In this document: one piece after another, positions 1-7,771 of the stretch
Position numbering within the stretch: position 1 is the stretch's first letter
Layout: each line of letters opens with the position of its first letter
Source: Candidatus Caldarchaeales archaeon
GTDB lineage: Archaea; Thermoproteota; Nitrososphaeria_A; Caldarchaeales; Calditenuaceae
Assembly (NCBI GenBank): GCA_039630085.1
Contig: JBCNVM010000023.1
Location: forward strand, 1-8,920
Length of the DNA stretch: 8,920 bases
Reading direction: 5' to 3'
The notes under the pieces: model-generated
What the model was told of the DNA's origin: nothing
Seen by the model: only the letters and a program-made list of their open reading frames with translations
Databases searched by the model: none
Position numbers and translations under genes: made by a program

Positions 1-137
1 ATCGCGATCCTCGACCCGTCCCTGCTGGAGACCCCAAGCTCGTGCCAGAGCTCCGACTGGAGAATCCCCTCCTCCCTCTCGAGAAGCAGCTTTATCGCTT
101 GCTCCTCGAGCTTCGAGATCTTCGACGAGGACTGCAT
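1..137 (-). CDS. N-terminal fragment (45 codons, runs off the left edge) of a probable winged-helix DNA-binding protein
   Basis: The start is ATG on the complement of 135-137. Hand translation gives MQSSSKISKLEEQAIKLLLEREEGILQSELWHELGVSSRDGSRIA... The layout LL.E..G.L.QSEL...LGVS....SRI resembles the helix1-helix2-recognition-helix arrangement of MarR/TrmB/ArsR-type wHTH proteins. The GC3-rich codon pattern continues to the window edge. The ORF is missing from the supplied track because it is truncated. It lies 64 nt downstream of carB on the same strand. Confidence 0.5.
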   Translation of the reverse strand, partial: MQSSSKISKLEEQAIKLLLEREEGILQSELWHELGVSSRDGSRIA

Positions 138-201
138 GAACCCCCTAACGAATAGATTCTAATAAGCGGTATTTATGCGATGACGGTATAATCCAGTCGG
201 A

Positions 202-3200
202 TTAGGTCGCGGCCTGGCCCCTCTGACCCTTCAAAGCCGCCGCGTGGAGCTCGTTGAGGGACCTGACTTCCCATTCGGCCCTTCCCAGCCATTTGATCAC
301 CCCGATCGCGGCGCTCAGCGCCTGGAAGGTGGTGATGTAAGGGACGCCGGTGATGACCGCGCCCCTCCTTATCATGTAGCCGAGCCTGTCCCTCTCGCCG
401 GCCCTCAGCCTCCTCACGTCCACGACCAACCCCACGCCCAGCGCCCTGAAGGTCAGGGCCGCGTCGACCTCGTGGGACCATCCGGACGCATCCACCTCGA
501 CCAGGTCCCCGCCGAAACCCGCCCGGTCAGCCGCACCTCCCTCGGAGACGACACAGACGTCCATCCCCGCCGACTTTAGGGCCTTGATCGCGAACGAGGC
601 CTCCGTCAGTGTCTCGGAACTGTAGGCGACCAGTACCCTCACGCCCCTCCGGATCGGGTTGTTGGCCGCGAGCTGGGCCTTCCAGTAAGCCTCCTCGAAG
701 GTCGCGCCCACGCCCATCACCTCGCCGGTCGACTTCATCCTCGGCTCGAGTATCGGGTCGACGCCCGGGAGCTTCGAGAAGGAGAAGACCGACTCCTTGA
801 CCGCGACGTACGGCGGCGTGACCTCCTCCGGGAGCCCGAGGTCCCTGAGCCTGCTCCCGAGCATGACCATCGTCGCTATCTTGACTAAGGGCAGTCCGGT
901 CGCCTTCCCGACGAAGGGAACCGTCCTCGAGGCCCTGGGGTTGGCTTCGAGGACGTAGACCTCGTCGCCCATCACCGCGTACTGGACGTTGATGAACCCG
1001 ACGACCCCGAGCTCAAGGGCCAGCCTCTTGGTGTACTCCCTGATCCTCTCCGTCGCCTTCTCCGAGAGGCTGCGGGGCGGAACAACCATCGCCGCGTCGC
1101 CGCTGTGGACGCCCGCCAGCTCTACGTGTTCGAGTATGCCGCAGATGAGGACGTCCTCGCCGTCGGAGATCGCGTCGACATCGACCTCGACCGCGGGGTG
1201 GAGGTACCTGTCAATCAGGACCGGCCTCTCCTCCGAGACCTCGAGCGCGACGCCGAGGAGTCTCTGGAGCTCTTCCCTGTTCCAGACGATGCCCATGCCC
1301 CTTCCGCCCAGCACGTACGAGGGCCTGACCAAGACAGGATAACCGAGCGACTCTGCGACCCGCATCGCCTCCTCGACGCTCCTCGCCGTCCCTCCATCGG
1401 GCTGAGGTATCCCGAGCCTCAGGAGGAGCTCCCTGAACCGCTCCCTGTCCTCGCAGATGTCGATGCCCTCGTAGCTCGTCCCGAGGATCCTGACGCCGGC
1501 CTCGGCCAACCTCTTCGCGAGCTTCAGCGGCGTCTGACCGCCCAGCTGGACTATCACCCCCTCGGGCCTCTCCCGCTCGATCACGTTCATCACGTCCTCG
1601 AACGTGAGCGGCTCGAAGTAGAGCCTCGTCGAGACGTCGAAGTCCGTGCTCACGGTCTCCGGGTTGTTGTTCACCACGATCGAGTCGAACCCCATCTGCC
1701 TCAGCGCGAGCGATGCGTGGACCGAGCAGTAGTCGAACTCGATCCCCTGACCGATCCGGATCGGCCCCGACCCGATGATGAGGACCCTCCTCCTGCCCTC
1801 GTCGACCCGTGCCTCGTCGGCGTCCTCGTAGGTCGAGTAGTAGTAGGGCGTGACGGCCTCGAACTCCCCCGCGCAGGTGTCGACCATCTTGTAGACCTCC
1901 CTGATCCCGTGGGACTTCCTCAACCTCCTGACCTCGTCCTCCGTCGTTCCGAGGATGTGAGCGATCTGCCTGTCCGAGAACCCGAGCCTCTTCGCCCTCC
2001 TGAGCTTCTCGGGGAAGTCGGGCGACCTCGGGTCCGCTGACCTCACCTCCCTCTCCATCTCCACGATCCTCCTGATCCCGTTAAGGAACCAACGGTCTAT
2101 GCGGGTGAGCCCGTGGACCTCCTCCAAGTCCATCCCTAGCAGGAAGGCGTCCTTGATCGCGAAGACCCGCTCCCACGTCGGCCTCGAGAGCAGCTCCCTC
2201 ACCTGCTCAAGAGTCCTCGGCGCGTCGCGGCCGTCGGCTCCGAGGCCGTGCCTGCCGATCTCGAGCGACCTTATCGCCTTCTGGAGCGCCTCCTCGAACG
2301 TCCTCCCTATCCCCATCGCCTCGCCCGTGGACTTCATCATCGTCCCGATCACTTGGTCCATGTCGTCGAAGACGTCGACCGGCCACCTCGGGATCTTTAC
2401 GACTACGTAGTCGACCGTCGGCTCCATCGCGGCCGTTATGGTCCCAACGACCTTGTTCGGGATCTCGTCGAGCCTGTAGCCCAGCGCGATCTTCGCGGCG
2501 GTGCGGGCTATCGGGTAACCTGTGGCCTTCGAGGCGAGGGCCGAGCTCCTGCTGACCCTTGGGTTCACCTCGATCACGGTGTACTCGAACGCCTCGGGGT
2601 TGACGCCGAACTGGATGTTGCAGGCCCCCTCTATCCCTATAGCTCTGACGACCTTGAACGCGACCCTCCTCAGGACGTGGAACTCCTCGTCGGTGAGCGT
2701 CTGAGCTGGCGCGACGACGATGCTCTCTCCGGTGTGGATGCCTAGCGGGTCCAGGTTCTCCATCGGGCAGACGCAGACGCAGTTGTCCGCGGAGTCCCGC
2801 AGGATCTCGAGCTCGTACTCCTTCCAGCCCTCGAGGTACTCGTCGACCGCGACTTTCCCGTTCATGCTGACCATCAACCCCGTGCTGACGAGCCTCCTCA
2901 GCTCCTCGTCGTCCCTCGCGACGCCGGAGCCCGTCCCGCCGAGCGCGTAACTGGCCCTGCAGAGGACGGGGTAGCCGCCGAGCTCCCTCACCGCCTCCTT
3001 CGCCTCCTCGAGGCTCGAGACCTCGATCGACCTGGGTATCGGCTCGCCGATCGACCTGATCAGCTCGTGGAAGAGCCTCCTGTCCTCGGCGTTCCTGATC
3101 GCCTCGACAGGCGTCCCTATCACCTTGGTCCCGACCTCGTCGAGGACCCCGGTCTCCTTCAGCCTCACGGCTAGGTTTAGGCCAGTCTGTCCTCCCATCG

Positions 3201-3465
3201 TCGGCAGCAGCGCGTCCGGCCTCTCCTTCCTCAGGATCCTCGCGACCGTCTCGACGTCGAGCGGCTCCACGTAAACGACGTCGGCGATCTCGTGGTCGGT
3301 CTGGATCGTCGCGGGGTTCGAGTTGACGAGTATCACCCTGATCCCGTCCTCCCTGAGCGCGAGGCAAGCCTGTGACCCCGAGTAGTCGAACTCCGCCGCC
3401 TGACCTATCACGATCGGGCCGGAGCCGATCACAAGGACGCTGTTGACCCAGTCGAGCTTCGGCAT
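202..3465 (-). CDS. carB: Carbamoyl-phosphate synthase large subunit
   Basis: The ORF is 1087 aa. It has two homologous ATP-grasp halves, each opening with the CPSase signature: VLVIGSGPIVIGQAAEFDYSGSQA at the N-terminus and VLIIGSGPIRIGQGIEFDYCSVHA mid-protein. A C-terminal MGS-like domain is present. Length and architecture are typical of carB. The ATG shares its A with the carA stop codon. Confidence 0.97.
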   Translation of the reverse strand: MPKLDWVNSVLVIGSGPIVIGQAAEFDYSGSQACLALREDGIRVILVNSNPATIQTDHEIADVVYVEPLDVETVARILRKERPDALLPTMGGQTGLNLAVRLKETGVLDEVGTKVIGTPVEAIRNAEDRRLFHELIRSIGEPIPRSIEVSSLEEAKEAVRELGGYPVLCRASYALGGTGSGVARDDEELRRLVSTGLMVSMNGKVAVDEYLEGWKEYELEILRDSADNCVCVCPMENLDPLGIHTGESIVVAPAQTLTDEEFHVLRRVAFKVVRAIGIEGACNIQFGVNPEAFEYTVIEVNPRVSRSSALASKATGYPIARTAAKIALGYRLDEIPNKVVGTITAAMEPTVDYVVVKIPRWPVDVFDDMDQVIGTMMKSTGEAMGIGRTFEEALQKAIRSLEIGRHGLGADGRDAPRTLEQVRELLSRPTWERVFAIKDAFLLGMDLEEVHGLTRIDRWFLNGIRRIVEMEREVRSADPRSPDFPEKLRRAKRLGFSDRQIAHILGTTEDEVRRLRKSHGIREVYKMVDTCAGEFEAVTPYYYSTYEDADEARVDEGRRRVLIIGSGPIRIGQGIEFDYCSVHASLALRQMGFDSIVVNNNPETVSTDFDVSTRLYFEPLTFEDVMNVIERERPEGVIVQLGGQTPLKLAKRLAEAGVRILGTSYEGIDICEDRERFRELLLRLGIPQPDGGTARSVEEAMRVAESLGYPVLVRPSYVLGGRGMGIVWNREELQRLLGVALEVSEERPVLIDRYLHPAVEVDVDAISDGEDVLICGILEHVELAGVHSGDAAMVVPPRSLSEKATERIREYTKRLALELGVVGFINVQYAVMGDEVYVLEANPRASRTVPFVGKATGLPLVKIATMVMLGSRLRDLGLPEEVTPPYVAVKESVFSFSKLPGVDPILEPRMKSTGEVMGVGATFEEAYWKAQLAANNPIRRGVRVLVAYSSETLTEASFAIKALKSAGMDVCVVSEGGAADRAGFGGDLVEVDASGWSHEVDAALTFRALGVGLVVDVRRLRAGERDRLGYMIRRGAVITGVPYITTFQALSAAIGVIKWLGRAEWEVRSLNELHAAALKGQRGQAAT

Positions 3466-4538
3466 CAGAGCATCACCAGGAACTCGTCGAAGATCCCCGC
3501 CCCGTCGGACGGTCCCGGCTTCCCTTCAGGGTGGTACTGGGTCGAGAGGAGGTTGAGGTCCTCGTGCTCGAGGCCCTCGATCGTGCCGTCGTTGAGGCTG
3601 ACCTGCCTCACCTTCAGTCCCTTGCCCTCGAGGCTCCCGGGGTCGACGGCGTAGCCGTGGTTCTGGAGGGTGATGTGAATCCTGCCGGTCTTCAGGTCCT
3701 TGACCGGGTGGTTGGTGCCCCTGTGCCCGAACTTCATCTTGTAAGTCCTGCAGCCCATCGCGAGGGCGATCAGCTGGTGCCCGAGGCAGACGCCCATCAT
3801 CGGGACCCTCCCGATTAGCCTCCTCACGGTCTCGACCGCGTAACTGAGCACCGCCGGATCTCCGGGCCCGTTGGAGACCAGCACGCCGTCCGGGCCCCAG
3901 CCGAGGATCTCCTCCGCGGAGGTCCACGCGGGGAACCTGACCACGGTGACGCCGGAATCGACCAGCCTCCTGAGGATGCCGTGCTTGACGCCGCAGTCGA
4001 GCAGCGCGACAGTCTTCCTGCCCTTGCCGAGGACCTCCACCTCTCCGCAGGTCGTCTCCCGGACCAAGTCGACCTCGTACCTCCACGCCGCGAGCCTCTC
4101 CCTTACCCCCGCTAGGTCGACGGACCCGATGTCGCCGCAGATCATCGCCGCTGGAACCGTCCCGTGCTCCCTTATCGCGACCGTCAGCGCCCTCGTGTCG
4201 ACGCCCTCAATGCCCACCACGCCGTGCTCCCTGAGGAAGTCCTGGAGAGTCCCCCTGCTCTTCGCGTTGGAGGGGTAGCCGCACGCGTCCCTCACGACCA
4301 CGCCCTCGGCCCAGACCTTCTCGGACTCGAGCTCGCCCGTCCAGACTCCGTAGTTCCCGATGTGGGTGTAGGTGAAGAGCACGATCTGGCCGTTGTAGGA
4401 GGGGTCGGTGAGCGTCTCCTCGTACCCGGAGAGAGAGGTCGTGAAGACCAGCTCCCCGAAGGCCTCGCCCTCGATGCCGATGGACCTCCCCCTTATCGCC
4501 TGACCGCCGGCTAGCAGCAGCAGGCCTTCGGACATCAT
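3465..4538 (-). CDS. carA: Carbamoyl-phosphate synthase small (glutamine amidotransferase) subunit
   Basis: The ORF is 357 aa. The N-terminal CPSase small-chain domain contains FTTSLSGYEETLTDPSYNGQIVLFTYTHIGNYG. The C-terminal class-I GATase has the nucleophile motif GVCLGHQL and YHPEG (the His/Glu of the triad). It sits directly upstream of carB with a 1-nt overlap. Confidence 0.97.
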   Translation of the reverse strand: MMSEGLLLLAGGQAIRGRSIGIEGEAFGELVFTTSLSGYEETLTDPSYNGQIVLFTYTHIGNYGVWTGELESEKVWAEGVVVRDACGYPSNAKSRGTLQDFLREHGVVGIEGVDTRALTVAIREHGTVPAAMICGDIGSVDLAGVRERLAAWRYEVDLVRETTCGEVEVLGKGRKTVALLDCGVKHGILRRLVDSGVTVVRFPAWTSAEEILGWGPDGVLVSNGPGDPAVLSYAVETVRRLIGRVPMMGVCLGHQLIALAMGCRTYKMKFGHRGTNHPVKDLKTGRIHITLQNHGYAVDPGSLEGKGLKVRQVSLNDGTIEGLEHEDLNLLSTQYHPEGKPGPSDGAGIFDEFLVML

Positions 4539-4559
4539 TGCCTTCGCCCGTCACCACTA

Positions 4560-4567
4560 GAAATAAG
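4560..4567 (-). promoter_or_regulatory. TATA-like box (CTTATTTC on the minus strand) for carA-carB
   Basis: This is an A/T-rich octamer in otherwise GC-rich DNA, centred about 25 nt upstream of the carA ATG (4538). That spacing fits an archaeal TATA box driving a leaderless or very short-leader mRNA. A GGTGA Shine-Dalgarno-like motif (complement of 4550-4554) lies between the box and the ATG. Confidence 0.4.
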
Positions 4568-4684
4568 TTGGTCAGCTCCGCGGTGTAACGTTGAAAAGCC
4601 GATGACTCGAGCTCAGTTAACGCCCGCGGAACGCGCCAGAGGACTCTGCCGACAGCAGACCGGTTCCGGGCCTATGAGATGGCC

Positions 4685-5461
4685 TCACTCCCCGCCCCTC
4701 TTTGAGAGGATCTCGACCCACGGGTTGTCCTTCAGGAAGCTCGGGAGCGGCACCCGTTCCGCCGGTACCTCACTCGACGCCTGCTCGCTCCTCTCGACCG
4801 TGACCTCCCTTCTGCCCGCCGACTCGAGCGCCTCCACCCTCGCCGCCAGCTGCTCTAAACGCACCCTGAGCTTCTCGATCAGGGATGCGATCTCGCCGAG
4901 CCTCTCTAGCGAGCTGACCTTGGCCTCGAGCCTCTCGATCCTGGCGATCAGCCCGCTGACGTCCTCGCCGGACGTCGGAACGATCGGCCTCTCGGGAGCG
5001 GAGAGCTGCTGACGTATCGTCGTCTCGAGCTGGTCCATCCTCCTCAGGACCTCCATGATCGCTCCCTTCACATCCTCGAGCGCCCTCGCCTCGGCCGCAT
5101 TCACCCCTTGGCCGGTCGGCTCCTGGGACGGCCTGACCTTAGGCGGCGTCGACTCCTCGACGAAGTCCTCCCCGTACTTGACCAGGCCGAGGCCGTAGAG
5201 CCTGAAGAGGTGCTCGCCAACCTTGACTGCGACCTTCTCGGGGGCCGCGACGTAGGCGGCCTTTCCCGTCGCCGCGTCCATCGAGGCCTCTATCAGCGCC
5301 GAGAAGAGCTCCGTCATGGTGGCGTCCTCGTGAACCACCCTCACGCTCGCCTCCGTCGAGCCCTGAAAAACCCTGATCAGGTCCTCCTCGACCTCGACCG
5401 AGTAGCCCGCCCTCCTGAAGTACTCGGCGATCCTCTGTACCGTCCGCCGCTCCCTCCCCAA
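4685..5461 (-). CDS. Uncharacterised 258-aa protein with an N-terminal alpha/beta globular domain, a Pro/Thr/Gln linker, a heptad coiled coil and a C-terminal PSFLKDNPWVEIL tail
   Basis: This is the longest ORF in the interval and shows the same strong GC3 bias as its neighbours. The start is TTG (complement of 5459-5461); there is no in-frame ATG until codon 49. Heptad-like segments are IARIERLEAKVSSLERLGEIASLIEKLRVRLEQLAARVEALES. I do not recognise a named family. The N-terminal pattern (helix ending in AGY, then beta strands SVEVEEDLIRVF / ASVRVVHED, a helix, then AAYVAAPEKV ... GLGLVKYGEDF) loosely resembles an Mrr/restriction-endonuclease-like fold without a clear (D/E)xK lysine. Confidence 0.75.
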   Translation of the reverse strand: MGRERRTVQRIAEYFRRAGYSVEVEEDLIRVFQGSTEASVRVVHEDATMTELFSALIEASMDAATGKAAYVAAPEKVAVKVGEHLFRLYGLGLVKYGEDFVEESTPPKVRPSQEPTGQGVNAAEARALEDVKGAIMEVLRRMDQLETTIRQQLSAPERPIVPTSGEDVSGLIARIERLEAKVSSLERLGEIASLIEKLRVRLEQLAARVEALESAGRREVTVERSEQASSEVPAERVPLPSFLKDNPWVEILSKRGGE

Positions 5462-5486
5462 CCCTCATCGTTCCCCTGCGGCCCGG

Positions 5487-5493
5487 TATGAAA
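5487..5493 (-). promoter_or_regulatory. Possible TATA-like box (TTTCATA on the minus strand) for the 258-aa gene
   Basis: It is centred about 29 nt upstream of the TTG start at 5461, in the 41-nt spacer after the SDR stop. The match is weak, and co-transcription with the SDR gene is an equally good explanation. Confidence 0.25.
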
Positions 5494-5502
5494 GCCTCCC
5501 GG

Positions 5503-6279
5503 TCACCCGGAGTGGGAGAGGAAGTCGATCCTCCCGCCGTCGATCGTGATTACCTGCCCGGTGATGAAGGATGACTCCTCGGAGGCGAGGAAGGCCACCA
5601 GGTAGGCCACCTCCTCCGGTCTCCCGACCCTCCTGAGCGAGGTCCTCTCCGAGGTCCACCTGACCAGCTCCTCTGCCTCCTCCTTCGGGGTCCCTAAAAC
5701 GAGGTCGGTCAGGATCAAACCCGGCGCGACCGCGTTCACGGTTATCCCGTACTCGCCCAGCTCCATCGCGAGCCTCTTCGTCAGCACGACGATCGAGGCC
5801 TTGCTCATCGCGTAGTAGGTCGTGTTCTTGGCACTGGTCCCGAAGCCCGCGATGGAGCTGACGTTGATGATCCTCCCCCACCTGTTGACCCGCATGTAGG
5901 GCACCGCGGCGGCTATGCAGTTCACGACGCCCTTCACGTTGACCGCGTACAGCCTGTCGAGGATCGAGACGTCGTCCATCACCCCTCCCCTCAAGAAGAC
6001 GCCCGCGTTGTTCACGAGGACGTCCAGTCTGCCGAAGGCGTTCACGGCCTCCGCCACGAGCCTCTCCGCCTCCTCCCTGACAGAGACGTCGGCCTTCACC
6101 GCTATCGCCCTCCCTCCAGCGCCCTCTATCGCCTCGACCGTCCTCTTGGCCTCGGTCTCCCTGTTCACGTAGTTGCAGACGACGCTGCACCCGCGCCTCG
6201 CGAGCTCTAGGGCTATCGCCCTGCCTATGCCCCTCGATGAGCCGGTCACGATCGCTACGCGCCCCTCGAGCCCCCTCAC
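5503..6279 (-). CDS. Short-chain dehydrogenase/reductase, FabG-like (3-oxoacyl reductase / glucose-1-dehydrogenase type)
   Basis: The ORF is 258 aa with classical SDR motifs: TGSSRGIG (TGxxxGxG), NNAG, the catalytic Ser in NVSSIAG, and YAMSK (YxxxK). The start is GTG (complement of 6277-6279), placed the usual few residues before the Rossmann beta1 strand. The substrate cannot be assigned from sequence. Confidence 0.9.
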   Translation of the reverse strand: MRGLEGRVAIVTGSSRGIGRAIALELARRGCSVVCNYVNRETEAKRTVEAIEGAGGRAIAVKADVSVREEAERLVAEAVNAFGRLDVLVNNAGVFLRGGVMDDVSILDRLYAVNVKGVVNCIAAAVPYMRVNRWGRIINVSSIAGFGTSAKNTTYYAMSKASIVVLTKRLAMELGEYGITVNAVAPGLILTDLVLGTPKEEAEELVRWTSERTSLRRVGRPEEVAYLVAFLASEESSFITGQVITIDGGRIDFLSHSG

Positions 6280-6302
6280 TTCACGGAGACCAACGCGCGG
6301 GC

Positions 6303-6310
6303 ACTATTAG
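6303..6310 (-). promoter_or_regulatory. TATA-like box (CTAATAGT on the minus strand) for the SDR gene
   Basis: It is centred about 27 nt upstream of the GTG start at 6279, within the 97-nt divergent spacer shared with ctaB. Confidence 0.35.
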
Positions 6311-6342
6311 GTTAACGAGCGGAAGCGGGCCGAGATCTCACG

Positions 6343-6348
6343 TTAATA
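6343..6348 (+). promoter_or_regulatory. TATA-like box (TTAATA) for ctaB
   Basis: It is centred about 31 nt upstream of the TTG start at 6377, in the divergent spacer. A purine-rich GAGGAAGGGGAGAG stretch follows it. Confidence 0.4.
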
Positions 6349-6376
6349 CCGTAGAGGAAGGGGAGAGATCGAGGAG

Positions 6377-7270
6377 TTGCCGTCGCAGCTGGAGACATCC
6401 GTTCCGGCGCGGACGAGCCTTTGGGCCTACGTGACGGTCACCAAGCCGAACGTCTGGTGGCTCCTCGTCTTCACAGGAATCGGGGGGTTCGTCGTGGGGT
6501 CGACGGGCGGGCTCGACCTCGGGCTTCTGGGCCTGACCGCGCTCGCCCTGGCCTGCGGGTCCGCTGGCTCCGAGGCCGTCTCCAACTACGTCGAGAGGGA
6601 CATCGACGCGATGATGGTCAGGACCAGGAGGAGGCCCCTGCCCTCCGGCGCGATCAACCCGCCTGAGAGGGCCCTCTGGCTGGGCATCGCCCTATCGGCC
6701 ATCGGCGTCGCCGCCTCCGCGCTGATCAACGTCTACGCGCTCCTGTTCATGGTCGTCGGCATCTTCGACTACTTGGTCGTCTACGTCCTGCTGACCAAGC
6801 GGAGGACGCCCCTGAACATCCTGCTGGGAAGCTTCGCCGGAGGCGCTCCCGCGATGATCGGATACGTCTCCTCGAGGGGCTACCCGGACCTCACCGGATG
6901 GCTGCTGGCCGCGCTGGTCGTCCTCTGGATACCGGCACACGTCTGGAGCCTCGCGCTGAAGTACAGGGAGGACTACGCGAGGGCCGGGATCCCGATGCTC
7001 CCGGTCGTCGTCGAGGAGAGGAAGGCGATCCGGTGCATCGTCTCGACGGTCCTCCTGCTGGTCGCGTTCTCCCTGCTCCTAGCTTACCTCGAGCCGAGGC
7101 TCGGCCTCGTCTACACCGGTGCGGCGACGGTAACTGGGGCCGCCCTGATCTCCCTCAGCCTCCTCACTGCCCTCAGGCCGACGATGAGGAACTTCTGGGT
7201 GCTCTTCAAGTTCACGAGCCCCCACCTCGCGGTCCTTTACGTCGCGATGATGGTCGACGCCCTCCTCTGA
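6377..7270 (+). CDS. ctaB: Protoheme IX farnesyltransferase (heme O synthase), UbiA prenyltransferase superfamily
   Basis: The ORF is 297 aa and polytopic, with multiple hydrophobic segments. The first Asp-rich motif is NYVERDIDAMMVRTRRRPLPSG. The second motif is WSLALKYREDYARAGIPMLPVV, characteristic of CtaB/CyoE. The start is TTG at 6377. An in-frame GTG at 6431 would truncate the conserved AYVTVTKP segment, so the TTG is preferred. Confidence 0.9.
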   Translation: MPSQLETSVPARTSLWAYVTVTKPNVWWLLVFTGIGGFVVGSTGGLDLGLLGLTALALACGSAGSEAVSNYVERDIDAMMVRTRRRPLPSGAINPPERALWLGIALSAIGVAASALINVYALLFMVVGIFDYLVVYVLLTKRRTPLNILLGSFAGGAPAMIGYVSSRGYPDLTGWLLAALVVLWIPAHVWSLALKYREDYARAGIPMLPVVVEERKAIRCIVSTVLLLVAFSLLLAYLEPRLGLVYTGAATVTGAALISLSLLTALRPTMRNFWVLFKFTSPHLAVLYVAMMVDALL

Positions 7271-7305
7271 AGGTCAGGGCCCTGCCAGCCTAGGGGGGTT
7301 AGGGC

Positions 7306-7313
7306 TTTTATAG
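7306..7313 (+). promoter_or_regulatory. TATA box (TTTTATAG) for the 143-aa gene; its T-run may also act as the ctaB terminator
   Basis: This is the best TATA match in the window, centred about 30 nt upstream of ATG 7340, which implies a leaderless mRNA. It sits 36 nt after the ctaB stop and is preceded by a possible GCCCT(7280-7284)/AGGGC(7301-7305) stem. Confidence 0.5.
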
Positions 7314-7339
7314 GAAGGCGCGCGTCTCGACTCTGGAAT

Positions 7340-7771
7340 ATGAGCGTGCCGATCGACGTGAAGACGACGCTCGAGCGGTTCAGGAGGTTCATGATCTACA
7401 ACACCTGCCTCTCCTTCATACCTAAAGGCTACCTGAGGGATCCGACCGTCTTCCCGGAGAGGGACAGCGAGAGGGGCCAGATCTACCTAGAGGCGGCGGC
7501 GAAGATCGAGCTGGCGAAGATCAGGGACATCACGTTCGTGAAGGCGGTGGACGTCCTCGGGATCATCTACAGCTCGAAGAGCGGCAACACCCAGCTGAGG
7601 TGGAGGCAGATCAGCGGGACCCTGGGGAGGCTCACGGGCCACGCGTCGCTGAACTCGCTCGTCAACCTGATAGAGTCGAAGGTGCTCACGAGGGAGTACG
7701 TGGAGGGGCTGGTCTCCCACATGCAGGAGCTGAAGGCCGCGAAGGAGGGCGAGGGCTCAGCCGAGGATTAG
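7340..7771 (+). CDS. Uncharacterised 143-aa cytoplasmic protein, possibly carrying a winged-helix-like module
   Basis: The gene has an ATG start, very strong GC3 bias and its own TATA-like box at 7306-7313. No family is recognised. The C-terminal half, VDVLGIIYSSKSGNTQLRWRQISGTLGRLTGHASLNSLVNLIESKVLTRE, resembles the helix / helix / recognition-helix / LExxGLxxR layout of wHTH regulators and is followed by an amphipathic helix. That reading is inference only. Confidence 0.75.
   Translation: MSVPIDVKTTLERFRRFMIYNTCLSFIPKGYLRDPTVFPERDSERGQIYLEAAAKIELAKIRDITFVKAVDVLGIIYSSKSGNTQLRWRQISGTLGRLTGHASLNSLVNLIESKVLTREYVEGLVSHMQELKAAKEGEGSAED

Noticed and set aside
187-192. Perfect bacterial -10 hexamer TATAAT on the plus strand between carB and the wHTH gene.
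   Set aside because: The gene content and promoter geometry are archaeal. On the plus strand it would only drive antisense transcription into carB. It is more likely part of the generic A/T-rich spacer, or a distal TATA-like sequence for the minus-strand wHTH gene, whose promoter I could not place confidently (candidates are the complement of 156-165 and of 171-177).
1105-3367. Long alternative-frame ORFs inside carB: 1105-2040 (+, 311 aa), 2207-3367 (-, 386 aa), 2248-2745 (+), 989-1342 (+) and others.
   Set aside because: Their translations are Arg/Gly/Asp/Pro-rich low-complexity strings, typical of off-frame reading of GC3-biased genes. They are fully contained in a gene with unmistakable carB homology. 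Stop codons are simply rare in off-frames at this GC content.
202-3465. Internal repeat within carB: two roughly 400-aa halves that are similar to each other.
   Set aside because: This is the well-established ancient internal duplication of the CPSase synthetase component and not a novel repeat.
4584-4622. Repeated TGTAACG (4584-4590) and GTTAACG (4616-4622) plus overlapping GAGCTC/CTCGAG palindromes in the carA upstream region, considered as a possible arginine/pyrimidine operator.
   Set aside because: Only a 5-nt core (TAACG) is shared. CTCGAG and GAGCTC are very frequent throughout the window because of Leu-Glu codon usage. The stems I could draw (for example TCTGC/GCAGA at 4646-4660) are only 4-5 bp.
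3526-5491. Off-frame or antisense ORFs overlapping carA and the 258-aa gene: 3526-4086 (-), 3871-4278 (+), 4164-4514 (+), 4207-4557 (-), 4602-5012 (+), 5108-5491 (+), 5139-5468 (-).
   Set aside because: They have the same shadow-ORF signature of low-complexity R/G/P/S/L-rich products. None has its own promoter-like element, and the real frames carry the conserved motifs.
5465-7293. Shadow ORFs over the SDR gene and ctaB: 5465-6190 (-), 5915-6172 (+), 6237-6434 (+), 6421-6666 (+), 6692-6940 (-), 6898-7293 (+).
   Set aside because: They are off-frame or antisense to genes with clear family motifs, and their products are compositionally implausible.
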